A DNA stretch of 63,989 bases, filler included, from Octopus bimaculoides (lineage: Eukaryota): NCBI RefSeq assembly GCF_001194135.2. It is 6 parts of 6 records of this genome, joined end to end, with 100 filler letters (N's around TTAATTAATTAA, not from the genome) between each part and the next. Parts side by side here need not be neighbours in the genome. Positions count along the whole stretch, not along the records: positions 1 to 14,792 come from NC_068984.1; 5 more parts are not named here. One strand, written 5' to 3'. Position numbers and translations under genes: made by a program. Below the pieces are notes generated by a model. That model saw only the letters and a list, made by a program, of their open reading frames with translations, was not told the origin of the DNA and did not search any database. The first letter of the stretch is position 1; each line of letters starts with the position of its first letter. Shown here piece after piece: positions 1 through 13,653 of the stretch.

Positions 1-304
1 ATGTGTGAGTAAAATTGAATTAAAAAAAAGGGGGTTTTGTATGATCGTGTATAGAGGAATATATTATTTTATTAAAAGAGTTCCAACTCTGTCTGTTTTT
101 TATGTTTTATTTATATTCTTGCAAAATTAATGTGAGATATAGAATATGGAATATATAATATATAATATAAAAATGGATGGTACAATGAAATGAAGTATTG
201 AATGTCTTATTGAATATATGGAATATGTCTTATTGAATATATGAAATATTGAGTGTTCAATATAAAGGATTAAATATATAAAGGCGAATACGTATTTTCA
301 ATAC

Positions 305-607
305 CTTTTGGTATTTCATCATGGCCGGTATCTGACAGACTGTAACAGACTATATATATATATGCGAACTAGGTTCTTAAACAAGCTTTTCACGGATCAC
401 CTAAACCTTTCAGATTCTGGGCTGCAGACTTCGTTCTCTCCTTTCGGTCCTTTCTGCAGAGCCTCAGTTTCTTTTCTTTCTGCCGTGGTCTCTGCACTGT
501 ATCGTTTCACCTCAGTCACTCTACACTAAGCATTACATCCAGTCCTACCTTACTCCCAGAAAGTCTATCCTCAAGAATTTCTCTTTAGATATGTTTTTGA
601 TACATCT
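305..607 (-). other. Candidate exon with 5' UTR and possible start GCC-ATG-ATG-AAA-TAC-CAA-AAG (MMKYQK) of a gene continuing off the left edge
   Basis: Acceptor CTTTTCAACAG| at 608/607; donor AAG|GTATTG at 305/304. All frames are closed upstream of the ATG at 322. Confidence 0.25.
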
Positions 608-830
608 CTGTTGAAAAGTAACATTTAGATCAACTATCTCATATGTAAGCGAAGGCATATGGCAAACTCCTTCCTGGAGATCAATTGAATTAAATATATT
701 TTAAAATATATCACGTGATCAAATCTTGGACAGGTATTTCTTTGTAATTCTGAATATTACTCCTGTTCACTTATCTGTAGAAAATGAAAACCACATCCTG
801 GGGGAAATTTTCAACAGGTTTGACATTAAT

Positions 831-862
<32 letters not shown>

Positions 863-946
863 ACACACAAGCAGACAGACAGACAGATACGTACAGGCAG
901 ACAGGCAGACAGACAGACAGACGGACGCTCGGACGGACGGACAGAC

Positions 947-990
<44 letters not shown>

Positions 991-1667
991 GTACATACAC
1001 AGACATACACATACTAATATATTTTTCCAATCACCGAAGGTTTATAAGCTCACTCTCTTCAACATGGCGGAGAATTTTATTGTATGTATCTCAGTTTGTG
1101 TATGTGTGTATGTGCTGTGTGAATACGTGGATGTATATGTGTGTGTATTTAATTATGTAGATCCCACAAATTTTTTTTTTTAATTATTACTAACAAGATT
1201 TTTTTTATTTTCAGCCTGTGTTTTTTTTTGGGGGGGGGTTACATTAGCAGAATGTACTTGAGAAATTAGACTTAGGAGAAATATGTTGAAGTATGATGCT
1301 TATATATTTTCCAAGCGCCTTGTTGTTTACAGTAAACAGAAGCATTTTTAATGAAGCTCGGGAAATACTTTCGTTTCCATTATATACTTGCCTGCAGTGG
1401 CCATCAACAAAATACATGCGATAATGTACACGAGATACCCTATCAGCAAAACGAAATTATTATTATATAGCAGTTTAAAATTCTGCCTCGGGTACATGAG
1501 AACTGGAACACCGAGTTCTTGTACGTTCTTTGTAAACAAAGGTACGGTTGACGGCTATACAAGCGTTATAATTATATGCCAAATTATGCAAAGTATTTTA
1601 CTGAAGCTAAATTTGTGTTACAATTTTTAATGTAGTGTACAATAAATGTGTTAAGTGGAATTATTCT

Positions 1668-2030
1668 GCAGGAGTTGCTGTGTAGTAAGACGCTCGCTTA
1701 CCAATCACATGGTTCCGGGTTCAGTGCCTTCTACTATAACCTCGGACCGACTAAAGCCTTGTGAGTGGATTTAGTAGACGGAAACTGAAAGAAGTCCGTC
1801 GTATATATATGCGTGAGTGTACATGTTTGTGTGTCTGTGTTTGTCCCCCCACCTTCGCTTGACAACCGATGTTGGTCTGTTTACATCCCCGTTACTTAGC
1901 GGTTCGGAAAAAGAGACGGATAGAATAAGTACTAGGCTTACAAATAATAAGTCCTGGTGTCCAATGTCATCGACTAAAGGCGGTGCTCCAGCATGGCCGC
2001 AGTCAAGTGACTGAAACAAATAAAAGGATA
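1668..2030 (+). mobile_element. SINE family A copy with a short internal deletion
   Basis: Colinear with 36381-36700 and retains the 3' end GACTGAAACAAATAAAAG. Confidence 0.88.
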
Positions 2031-3596
2031 GATGAAGAAAAACATTTAAAAAATTAGATAATGACAAATATTGTTTTAATTTTGTGGACCAAGTACTGCA
2101 GACAACCGTAAAGACATTTCAGTCTTATTATGACCTAATCGTCAAGTATAGACTGTACTTCGCTGAAGTAATGACAGAATCATTTAGCAAATTTATATGA
2201 CTCTACACAGTTTTATTTAAAAATATATAGTTCATAAAACATTCTTCAAAGACGATATCCGCATGTAAAACAATACTTAATTTACTGATAACATTTAATG
2301 CAGGAAGCATTAAAAACTTAACTATGAATAATTATAATAGATATAATGAAAATAATATTATTCATTGATTAATTTTATTCTTTTTCTGCATAATTGCTTC
2401 CACTAAACTGCTTAATGTTCCTTGCATTTAATTTATTAGCACTAACTTAAATGTTTTTGACGCGAATTACAATTCAACGTCGTCATTCACATGAATGAAT
2501 ATTTAGTTATTCTCTGTACTGAAGACATATCTCTAGTTGAATTGCTCCCAAGAATTAGAATTTCGATGAAAGAGAAACTTATTGGCATGATAAATGAAGA
2601 GTTGTCTAATGTACTAATTCAGACGGAACAAATCCTTCTAAAGTTATATATATATATATATATAATTGGAGGTCTCGGGTGTTGAAATTGTATACTGGAA
2701 ACTGATAGAGCATATTATTGATTTAGAATTATTTTTCTTTAATAAGCTATCGGAGGTATTAGATAAGTTATTTCAATATTTTTCTACTAAATGCACTAGG
2801 TTCAATGAACACCGTCTATCATATATAAGCCCATGGCACACACGAAGCCAAGAGCTATATTCAATGATGCACTGTCGTTTCAATTGGGTGAAGTTTCCTA
2901 AAATGTTTTCAGTGCTTCACAAGAGATGTAAGAACTTTGATGTAAACACGCAGTTCAATCATTTTTAACACATTTTGTACAACTGGCAGACATTTGATGT
3001 ACTAAATCTTACAATGTGATATAACTTTTACGCGTACTGTTGTCTATCATATTCGCTTCATTTGCTTATGATCTTCTCCATTACAATCCATCTTGCTGCA
3101 TGATTTTACAAATGTTTTCTGATATATGTATTTCTGCTGATCATTCCTTGCCTTAAACATATTTGATATTCATATCAGATATAAACTTCACTGTACATGA
3201 ACTGTTTTATTGTATTTTCATTGTCATTGTCATGTTCTCTTACCCTAGCTGATGTAGTACATTACATGCAATAAAGGTTATTCAATAATTTTATTACTTT
3301 TTATTCTTCATAGTATTTATTATGAAGGCGATGAATGGCAGAATCTGTAGGGAGTCGATTTTATAACGTCACTTCATATTTTGAGTTCAAAACATGGTAA
3401 AACACGACAGAGGTCGATTAAATAAGTGTCACTCAAGTTCTGAGTCTAATTTAATGAATTATTCTCATCTTCTAAATTCCCATCTTCTAAACTGGCATAA
3501 ACCTTATGCCAATGTTAGAAATCATTCTACTTATTATTTGATAGATTGCAGAAAAGATAGATTTTCGAAGGAAATAACTTTCAATATTTCAGTTCA

Positions 3597-3808
3597 AGTC
3601 TGGCAGAAAAGTTAGCACGCCGGGCGAAATGCTTTGCAGTATTTCGTCTGTCTTTACGTTCTGAGTTCAAATTCCGTCGAGGTCGACTTAGCCTTTTATC
3701 CTTTCGGAGTCGATAAATTAAGTACCAGTTGCGTAGTGGGGTCGATCTAATCGACTGGCCTCCTCCCCAAAAATTTCGGGCCTTGTTCCTAGAGTAAAAA
3801 AGAATATT
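3597..3808 (+). mobile_element. SINE family B (GAGTTCAAATTCC...CCTTTCGGGGTCGATAAATTAAGTACCAGTT core)
   Basis: Full copy. Further copies at about 4400-5060, 19414-19590, 22950-23365, 29327-29560 and 42190-42410. Confidence 0.88.
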
Positions 3809-3984
3809 TCACTTAAAATATCAATGAGGTTGTGTCTGCATTTGATTCTTCTGGGATCGATAAATTAGTAGTCAAATATTGAGGGAGATTACTATTGACT
3901 GTGCATCTCACTCCTAATAAAATCGTGAGCTTTTGCCAAATATAAAATTCCCTAAGATTACTTTCTCTAAAACACTAACAGAAT

Positions 3985-4027
<43 letters not shown>

Positions 4028-5857
4028 TTCTCACTCTCTCTCTATCTATCTATCCCTGTATCTCTATCTATCTAGCTTTCTATATACTGCTTTTTCTTTT
4101 GCACATTCATATTCTTGCATTTTCACTATCTTTCAGTCTTTCATTCTTTTTCTGATCGCATACGTCTATGTTACATGAGCCAAAATCTGAAAAGTAAAGT
4201 CTTTGGAAATTATAAAACGACAATAAAGTTCTACCTTTGTCAAATCTGCAGCCAATTTAACGCTGCACAGTATTTTATTGGTTGGTTCTTATTCCAGTGA
4301 CTGCGAAGGAACATAAAGGGAGATAATTATACATGGTAAGACTATCTGAAGTTTTGCCAATTCTGCGATCAACTATATATATAATTATTGCTACTTACAT
4401 AGTAACAAAGCCAGAAATTTGGCAGGAAGGGAACTGAATATTATATAAACTCCCATACCTAACTGATACCTTAGCTCACCGACCTCGGAAAGATAAGAAA
4501 CGAATTCGTCCTCGGTAGGATCGGAACTCAGAACGAAAATGGTTGCAGCTAAATAATATCAGCGTTTCTGGCCACCACTCATACGATTCTACTAACAGAC
4601 AACGGCTACCCAAAATATAAGAACTTATTACTGTCTCTAATATAGGCAAAAAATTGAAATTTGGCGGAGTAGATAATCAATTATATCGAGCCCAGTATTT
4701 GACTGGTACTTTACTTTATCGAGCCCATATCAGAGACAAGTTTGCTTTCGACGAGATTTCAACTCAGGACTGAAAGAGCTGGAATAAATACCATAGTGTA
4801 AAGAACCAGAACAAATAATGCGTGTAATAATTTCTCGTGTAATGATTTTTTTTACACAGGCACAAATGAGGTAGGAGAAATTTGAAGGGAAAACCGTTAA
4901 CTGTTCGGAAGTACGATAATTGATTCGTACTTTATTTGATCGACCCTAAAAGAGTGAAAGATACGTTCGCCCTCTGTGGGATTAGAACTTCAAACTAAAT
5001 AACGTGATGCAGATTTCTTAATGCGTCACCAATACCGTGTCATTCATTCATCGCCTTGGAAAATAATATTATTACAATTTTAGAAATCTTAAGACATAAA
5101 TATTTACACAGTTTTCGTACCTAATAGCATGTTCTGCGAAATCCATGGATATTGCTTTTCTATTCTGAAAAGCATTAAGAACTATGTTTATAAAAGTCTA
5201 TAAGCGCACGGATTTGCACGTTTTCCTTCTTGTTATATTTCTTTATTTAAACATCGTTTGGTCTGTTTTTTTTTTTTATTATTATTTTATTTCCTCAGTT
5301 CTTAACACAATCTTGCTAACGTACAACTTTGTATTCAAGCAAGTTTTCTATCATGAATATTTCTTTTGTCCTCAACTAAATTCTTACAAGTGTAAATTCG
5401 TTTCTTTTTCTGCATTTTATGCCACGCAGATTTTATTGCTACTTTCTCCTTCAATCTATACAAAACTCCACAGCAATCCATTTCTTTCTGTTACACGTAA
5501 TAAGCTTACCCTTATTTTAACGTGCAGAAATAGCATTTTTGTATACATGTAGGTGTGCGTGCATATATATATATATATATATANNNNNNNNNNNNNNNNN
5601 NNNNNNNNNNNNNNNNNNNNNNNNNNNNNNNNNNNNNNNNNNNNNNNNNNNNNNNNNNNNNNNNNNNNNNNNNNNNNNNNNNNNNNNNNNNNNNNNNNNN
5701 NNNNNNNNNNNNNNNNNNNNNNNNNNNNNNNNNNNNNNNNNNNNNNNNNNNNNNNNNNNNNNNNNNNNNNNNNNNNNNNNNNNNNNNNNNNNNNNNNNNN
5801 NNNNNNNNNNNNNNNNNNNNNNNNNNNNNNNNNNNNNNNNNNNNNNNNNNNNNNNNN

Positions 5858-5908
<51 letters not shown>

Positions 5909-6480
5909 CACACATAAACACACATACATAAATATTTGATTTTGTGACTATTTCGGTGAAACACACAAAAGGAAAACACTATATAAATATAAGACGAGAC
6001 TTGCATTGTTTCAGTGTTAAAATCACAGAATACAAAATTACATATCCGTCCATGTTTGAAGAAATCTTAACTAAGTAGGTGTATGCGGCCAAATATACAT
6101 GGCTCTGTGTATTTCATATGATAACCAATCTAGCAATCTCCGAATCGTCTTTCAGTCTTATTTTAACTTACAAGGAACTGTATGCATTTATTCCAGGAAG
6201 AAACACTATAGAAAACTACCGAGATGTATTTGTGCGATTGCAAAACGCACACTTTACACAGTGGTAAACTGATGTCCAATAATATTGATTTATACTTTAG
6301 GTATTCGGTAAATCGCTTGCGACGCGGTGCTAGGCCAGTTACTTGGATTTTACACTATTAATAGGAATTATTTTATCGTTATTCTCTCATAAAGATGAGA
6401 GAACTCTTGTGGTATTTGAATTTTAAAAAAAAACCTGAAGGTACAAAGTTAAATACTGTGAGAGTAGTGCTTTTACTTAC

Positions 6481-6657
6481 CATCGGAGCAGACGTAACTG
6501 AGCTTATCTGGCTCAAAGGCATTTAAGTTAAGGCTAATCCCTTTTCTCATGAATATCAAGGACTATATTGTACTCTATTAACTGTGGTAAAGTGTTATTT
6601 GAGAAAAAGATTACTATTTGTTGCAGCTCTATCGACTGCTTTGAGGCTTCATCGACA
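6481..6657 (-). pseudogene. Possible decayed exon ending in a perfect donor
   Basis: GATG|GTAAGT at 6481/6480. With one frameshift reads VDEASKQSIELQQIVIFFSNNTLPQLIEYNIVLDIHEK/ISLNLNAFEPDKLSYVCSD(G). Phase-1 end like the other relic exons. Confidence 0.3.
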
Positions 6658-7150
6658 CTTCAAAATATTGAAACACGTTCAAGATATCACTCTACACTTT
6701 CTAGATCTTTCTTCAATTTCTAGAAGATCACGGCCATTTTTCTTTGACTAAATAACAAAACCAAGATTTGTTAGGGAGGAGATGCAGAGGATTGATAGGA
6801 GGACAATATATTACCGGCATGTATTTTGTCGACCTCAGAGAAATGTAATGGCGAAGTCAATTGAGTGAGACTTGGATACGTAAAGAATAGATAATGGAGT
6901 CCAAAAGTTAATTGAAAGTGTGTTTAGAATAGTACACTATTCTGGAAACAGAATTGTCTACATAATATAGTTTCAAACCAGTCAGAAGAACAAATTTAGG
7001 GAAAGATATTTATTTTAGACTAATTCCATATTCAGGAAATAGGATTTATCAATGCTTAAATATAAGCACACATATCTATATGCGTGTGTACAAATATATA
7101 TGCGTGTGTGTGTGTGTGTATATATATATGTATATATATTTATTTATATG

Positions 7151-7196
<46 letters not shown>

Positions 7197-7544
7197 TATA
7201 TATACACAAACACGCAAACACGCACACATATACATGCACACAATCACGCACACTTGATAACAAGTAAGAAGACATATAGACACATGTACTTCGCAGGATT
7301 CAATGTAATTAGTCATAGCGGGATATTTTTCCACCAAACAGCTTGTACACATGACGATGTATTCGATACACAAATGTTCGTATAAATTGTGAACTGTTTT
7401 AGACTTTCGACATTAATATTACGCAGTGTAAAAAATAAACGGACAGAGCAAACTTTTACTGTACGATATACAGAAATTATGCATAATCTTACCTCTTGAC
7501 AAATCTTCCGCTAGAGGTGTACATACATACATACATACACACAT

Positions 7545-7587
<43 letters not shown>

Positions 7588-7812
7588 NNNNNNNNNNNNN
7601 NNNNNNNNNNNNNNNNNNNNNNNNNNNNNNNNNNNNNNNNNNNNNNNNNNNNNNNNNNNNNNNNNNNNNNNNNNNNNNNNNNNNNNNNNNNNNNNNNNNN
7701 NNNNNNNNNNNNNNNNNNNNNNNNNNNNNNNNNNNNNNNNNNNNNNNNNNNNNNNNNNNNNNNNNNNNNNNNNNNNNNNNNNNNNNNNNNNNNNNNNNNN
7801 NNNNNNNNNNNN

Positions 7813-7856
<44 letters not shown>

Positions 7857-7964
7857 TCATATATATATATATACATACATATATATGCATATACAATGTC
7901 TATACAAAGCGCGAACACATACGCAAACACACATACATATACCCTCACGCATGCACACACACAT

Positions 7965-8001
<37 letters not shown>

Positions 8002-8686
8002 TTTACACAGTGCATGTAAATTTGAATGTACAGATGCATGTGTAAGTATATATGTATGTGTGTGTGTGTGCATGTGCGTGTATACGTATGTATGTGTGCG
8101 TAAGGTGCATAGGCACAGCGGGTACATTGTCGAAAAGAATGCTGCGCGGTATACTTTCTAGCCTTGCGCTCTGTGTTCAACTACCACCGAGGTCAACTCT
8201 GCGTTCCACCCTTTCGCAGTCGCTAAGTAGAGTACCAACCCAGTGTAAAGGTCGTTTAATATACCCTCCCTCTCTCTCCCTCTCTCTCTCTCTCACTTTC
8301 TCCCCCTCTCTCTCTTTCTTTCTCACTTTTTCTCTTTGTTTCTCCTTCACTCTCTCTCTCTCTTTCTTTTAAAGAAATGGGATGCGCCATAGACTTGAAG
8401 TGGGTGTATTCAGACAGGTTTAAAATGCACATAGAGATGCTGTATGTAGCCACGTCGTCTCACAACTCCGTCAGAAGTTGAATTTTTCCAAAGTCGATAT
8501 GTCATTAATATGCTTATTGGCTGGTTGGCTGGAGATATGAAAAGAATATGAAACCTAGTTTTTTGTCTCAGTAGGCGTCATAAACATGACAATTGGCCTA
8601 ATCTGTCGTAAGTATCCAAGAGACATAGACATATACGAAACGTATAGAGCCCATTTATTGCCTACTCAGTTATCCTTTGTCTTTAA

Positions 8687-8926
8687 TTTTTCACTTGTTT
8701 CACTCATTCGACTGCGGCCAGACTGGAGCACCGCCTTCAAGGGTTAAGTCGAAAAACTCAAAACCAATACTTGTTATTTAAGCCTTGTACTTACTTTGCC
8801 GTTCTTTTTATACTGAACCGCTATGTTACGTGGACGTAACCAGACCAACACCCATTGCCAAGTGATAGTGGTGGGATAAACACAAACACAAAGACAGGGA
8901 CACATTGATACATGCATATGTATATG

Positions 8927-8978
<52 letters not shown>

Positions 8979-9133
8979 GGTCTTCTTTCAGCTTCCGTCG
9001 ATGAAATCCACTCAAAAAGGATTCATCGGCTCGAGGCTATATTAGATGGCCCTTGCTCAATGTGCCAGCAGTGGGACTGAACTCAGAAGCATATAGTTTA
9101 GAAGCAAGCTACTTAACGCACCCCACGCCTGCA
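8687..9133 (-). mobile_element. SINE family A, diverged full-length copy
   Basis: Reverse complement of the family sequence with internal (CA)n. Confidence 0.85.
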
Positions 9134-9222
9134 TAAACGTAACAAAATGAGCTGAGAGAACTAATTTAGTGACCATTTGCATGTATTTGAAGAACATAGA
9201 CAAACACAAGTATATCTAATAC

Positions 9223-9389
9223 CATACAACATAAATTCTTGATTTAGTAAAACTATCTCCGCTCTTGGGGATGTATCACAATTCTCAAATGACAGCTACG
9301 GCAATTCCATATGGAAAATTTTGATAATCTCCAGAATCAAGTATTCCCCGAAGTTGAAATGCCATTGCGGAAAAGGACAAGGTTATTGT
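9223..9389 (-). pseudogene. Decayed phase-1 coding exon, copy A, of an unidentified gene
   Basis: Acceptor CTTCTTATCTCCAG| and donor TATG|GTATTA. Allowing one frameshift and one TAG it reads NNLVLFRNGISTSG/YLILEIIKIFHMELP*LSFENCDTSPRAEIVLLNQEFMLY(G). Homologous to two copies at 13.1-13.7 kb. Confidence 0.6.
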
Positions 9390-9757
9390 CTGGAGATAAG
9401 AAGGCAATCGTAAAATAAACACACACAAACACACGCATACACAGACATACACATATGTACAGAACATACTCGCGCACGCACACGCGCGCACATACACGCA
9501 TACACAACACACATATATATATATTTATAAAATATCAGTTATACAATCCTACTACTTAAATTTTAAACCATATCAGCACTGCGTATTATTGTATTTTTAA
9601 CTAATAGTTTATTGCTAGTCAAATCACATTTTTCATTATCACTTCTATCCTCTTAAAGAGTACGGTGTCATAACAAAACGAATGTGATATGCGAGTTGAT
9701 TTAAGGGCTAAAAGCTTTGAGACACTAGCGATACCAACAGTTTAAAGTCGATATTAC

Positions 9758-10000
9758 CATAAGAAATGCTATAGACATTTAACAGGTCATATATTTCCTC
9801 GGTAACAAGAAAATAATTCTATGAACACTGAACATCATCTCTGAATATCTCCTTGTGTGCTGTGAAGATGATAAATAGACGCCTAATAGTTACGGAACAA
9901 AGGCATCTTTTGTTATAAGTTCTTGTTCAATGATGAATTCCTCGTTAAATCTTGTGACACAATCTTTACAGAGTAACTTGAATATAAATGGTTGCGTGCT
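9758..10000 (-). pseudogene. Possible further decayed exon of the same relic gene, partly homologous to about 12750-12980
   Basis: Ends ...EEIYDLLNVYSISY(G)|GTAATA. Shares the 13-mer TTCCTCGTTAAAT (+ strand 9938-9950 and 12922-12934). Several stops. Confidence 0.3.
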
Positions 10001-10963
10001 CTCAAGAAAGAGACAACCGATTAACACGTATTTGGCATATCATTTAAAAACAATGGATCACTTAAAATGAAATAAGTCTTTTGAGCTTTCAGTATATAAA
10101 CTGACACGGCATATAATCATATAGATATAAATATCCTCGTGTGGAATAGCTTAAATGTGCAACAGAGAAATGAGCAACAGCGATTTAATGCATCATACAA
10201 CAAAAAGAAAGACAGCAAGGTTTTCTCACGTGTAGTTCCCATTTTGGTTACATTAAAGAGATATTCTAAAGACATTTCACTAATGCATTAAAGTCGTGAA
10301 CATAGTGCAACTGCATAAAGGAATATACATTAAAAATGCAACATGGCTTATCATTTTTAGAATACAAGAGCAAACAAGGGAACCTCTACAAGGTACTTTG
10401 ATCTGCTAAATAGAGAAAGCAAATCTTCATAATTTTCCGTATTTTTAAAAGAAATAGTCGCAGATATGAAAAAGGAATAGTTGCCGCTAGAGCGCCTTCG
10501 ATTATAGATTAGCTCAGCTATGGATGATTTTCGGCTAAACACCTGTGGAAAAGATGACCTAAACAGTAGATTTTCATTATCATAATATCCTGGGGCATGA
10601 GTATTTAGTCGTTTGAATACTCGTTGAATTAGGATGTAAGTGGTTGAGTGTTACAGACTCATGTATTTTTAACATAATTCTTGAGCAGAAACAGTGTGTC
10701 AATGTGTGTAACAAGGCTGTACATTTTAATTACAAATATAATCTATTTGACGGCAGTCCACGCAGTTCCCGTCCACTCAATTTCACTCGCAAGCTTGGCT
10801 TGACCCAACCCTATGGTAAAAGACACTTGACTACGCAGTGGGGTCTCGTAACTACGTAGCGAATTTTGTAGCCGTTCGGCTATGCTGAGTCTGCTGATAC
10901 ATAATAACATAAAGAAAGAACAATATGTCAACTTGTGTTATGTTTATACAATGCATACATACA

Positions 10964-10999
<36 letters not shown>

Positions 11000-12609
11000 T
11001 ATAATATATATATNNNNNNNNNNNNNNNNNNNNNNNNNNNNNNNNNNNNNNNNNNNNNNNNNNNNNNNNNNNNNNNNNNNNNNNNNNNNNNNNTATATAT
11101 ATATATATATATATATATATTTAATTTCTGTCTAGAAAGTACGATCAGACGGGAATATATTACTTTGAGTCGATATATAAAGGACAAGAGCTACTGTATT
11201 ATTTCTCTATGAAACAACCATAAATGTCACATATAATAGCAACGACATTGTCTGTGAGAGATAAAAGAAGAGAGACCACACGTGGCTGATCAACATTCTA
11301 GAAATAGCAACCAAATCTCCCTCATTTACACCTACCAACTTTGAAAAGGAAATGACAAAGTGATCATATAGCTTAGATAAACAACACTCAAGATGAAAAA
11401 AAAAAAAAGCAAACGAACTGGAATGGGATTAATTATAGTTCTCACCAAACAAAACTTACATTGTGATAAACAACAGCAGCAGCAACAAAACCAACAGCAG
11501 CAACAAAAGATAACAGCTGCAGCAATGACAATAACATTATCTATCAGCCATTTTATAGTGTTAGTATAGGTTGTGGGTTTGCACTTACAACTATTTGTAC
11601 ACAAGGTAACAATATGTTAAAAGCTTAACAATGATCTCTATGCACATATTCACACTTTGCTGTTTCGATCTGTCAGCAATGAAGATGTCAAAGAATGTGA
11701 GGTATTTCATACAATTAGCTATTTAAATACTGACTGTTGATTACTAGAAAAGTTAACGACATGCCATCAGCTGAGATATTTTAACATATAATTTTTTTTT
11801 TCTTTTTCGGCTTCCCGAATTGCTAGATACGAGACGTAACTGGACACAACATAACATCATAAGCAACAACGTTAGCTAAACACAAGCAGGGACACAAACA
11901 TGCGCACACGCACATACACACACATACACACACAGTCGTAGATTCACATATACACGGGAAAGCACACATATATACGTATATCTATGTATGCGTCTGTACA
12001 TGTAATATATATATAGTGCTCTATAAAATGTTCCCTGTTGATTCGTGGGGTTAAGAATCCAATTGCACTCGGAATATCTAATGCAGAGTTCCAAATAAAA
12101 ACAACAGGAAACGTACGTAGCAACAAACAATATAAACTTGTGTTTGGTGTAATTTNNNNNNNNNNNNNNNNNNNNNNNNNNNNNNNNNNNNNNNNNNNNN
12201 NNNNNNNNNNNNNNNNNNNNNNNNNNNNNNNNNNNNNNNNNNNNNNNNNNNNNNNNNNNNNNNNNNNNNNNNNNNNNNNNNNNNNNNNNNNNNNNNNNNN
12301 NNNNNNNNNNNNNNNNNNNNNNNNNNNNNNNNNNNNNNNNNNNNNNNNNNNNNNNNNNNNNNNNNNNNNNNNNNNNNNNNNNNNNNNNGTGTAATTTCTC
12401 CTACATTTGCTCTGCTTATCATAACTAGTAATACTACTTAGTATAGTAGCTGCTTAACCATAATGCTGGAAGTCGACTGGACGATGATAGTCTAAGTGGA
12501 AATCTAAACTTAACAGTAGCAATCATACATTTATTTATTTATGTGTGTGTGTGTGCGTTATATGTATGTATGTATGTATGTATGTGTGTATGTATGTATG
12601 TATGTATGT

Positions 12610-12666
<57 letters not shown>

Positions 12667-13090
12667 AATACTCACACGCATTCACACATACATTTTATGC
12701 CGTACAAAGGGTGAAGACAGCGTCTGGTTGCGAACCTTGGCGGAGACTTATGAAAGAAGAAATGAGTATATATGTTTCGGAATCAAAAAGAGAGAAAACT
12801 AGCAGACGGGAAGATAGAGAAAGCTGGAGTAAAGTTATTACGAGTTAGCCAACAATATTTTGTAATACCAGGGGACATTAGTCTAAAAGCCCACAATAGT
12901 GAAAAGATCTGTTCATAAAGTTTCCTCGTTAAATTTGTTTTTAAAACACATTTTTTCGTTACTGTATCATACAATTCTGGAAATAGCTGCATGCGTTTGC
13001 GTGTGTGTACTAAGGGCTTCCATCCAGTTTCCATCTACTGAATGATTTGAACAAACCTTTTACATAGACAAATACAGGTATATAAAATAC

Positions 13091-13261
13091 CATAAAACAT
13101 GTATTCTTGATTTCTTAAGTGTCTCTGCTCTCAAAGGATGTATCACAATTACCAATTTGCAGCAAATGAAACATGTACCATATGAGAAGGGGAGATGACC
13201 TCAATAATTAAGTATTTCTCCACGTCTGACATAACATTCAGAAAAAGAAGAGTCTTATTCG
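13091..13261 (-). pseudogene. Decayed exon, copy A', homologous to 9223-9389
   Basis: CTAG| acceptor and TATG|GTATTT donor. Reads NKTLLFLNVMSDVEKYLIIEVISPSHM.../GNCDTS/../NQEYMFY(G) with frameshifts. Confidence 0.55.
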
Positions 13262-13462
13262 CTAGATGCAGTAGAATAGTCATCGATACGTGTTTCTGCC
13301 TTTATAGGCGTCATCAGCACCGCACTCGTCCAGCCTTATTTTTAGTACTGACATAACACATTTATGGTGTATGTAATTTATATAATTAAACAAAAATGAG
13401 CTACGACAGGTAAACCATAGTGGCCAGAAGCTTGTTCATGAACAACGTAGTACATCAAATGC

Positions 13463-13653
13463 CATATAACATAAATTCTTGATTAATGAGAATTATCTCT
13501 GCTTCTAGAGGATGTGTCGCAATTATCAAATGGCAAATTAGACGTTTCATGACATGCAATCGAATCCAGGCTCATATGATAACGGGAGGTACTCTCATAA
13601 TCCAGAATTCTCTACAGTTGACATGACATTAAGGCAAGTGGCAAGCTTATTAC
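13463..13653 (-). pseudogene. Decayed exon, copy A'', homologous to 9223-9389
   Basis: TTCAG| acceptor; donor position reads GC rather than GT. 3' block FDNCDTSSR/AEIILINQEFMLY(G) with a 1-nt insertion. Confidence 0.55.

Noticed and set aside
1348-1541. Hydrophobic minus-strand ORF (GYLVYIIACILLMATAG) or a 144-nt plus-strand exon at 1398-1541
   Set aside because: Splice signals are plausible on either strand, but there is no homology or partner exon to decide.
13226-13358. 11-bp direct repeat CTGACATAACA as a TSD around the 13.3-kb hammerhead
   Set aside because: The enclosed 13237-13261 is the homologous 5' part of relic exon A', so it was not inserted as a unit.
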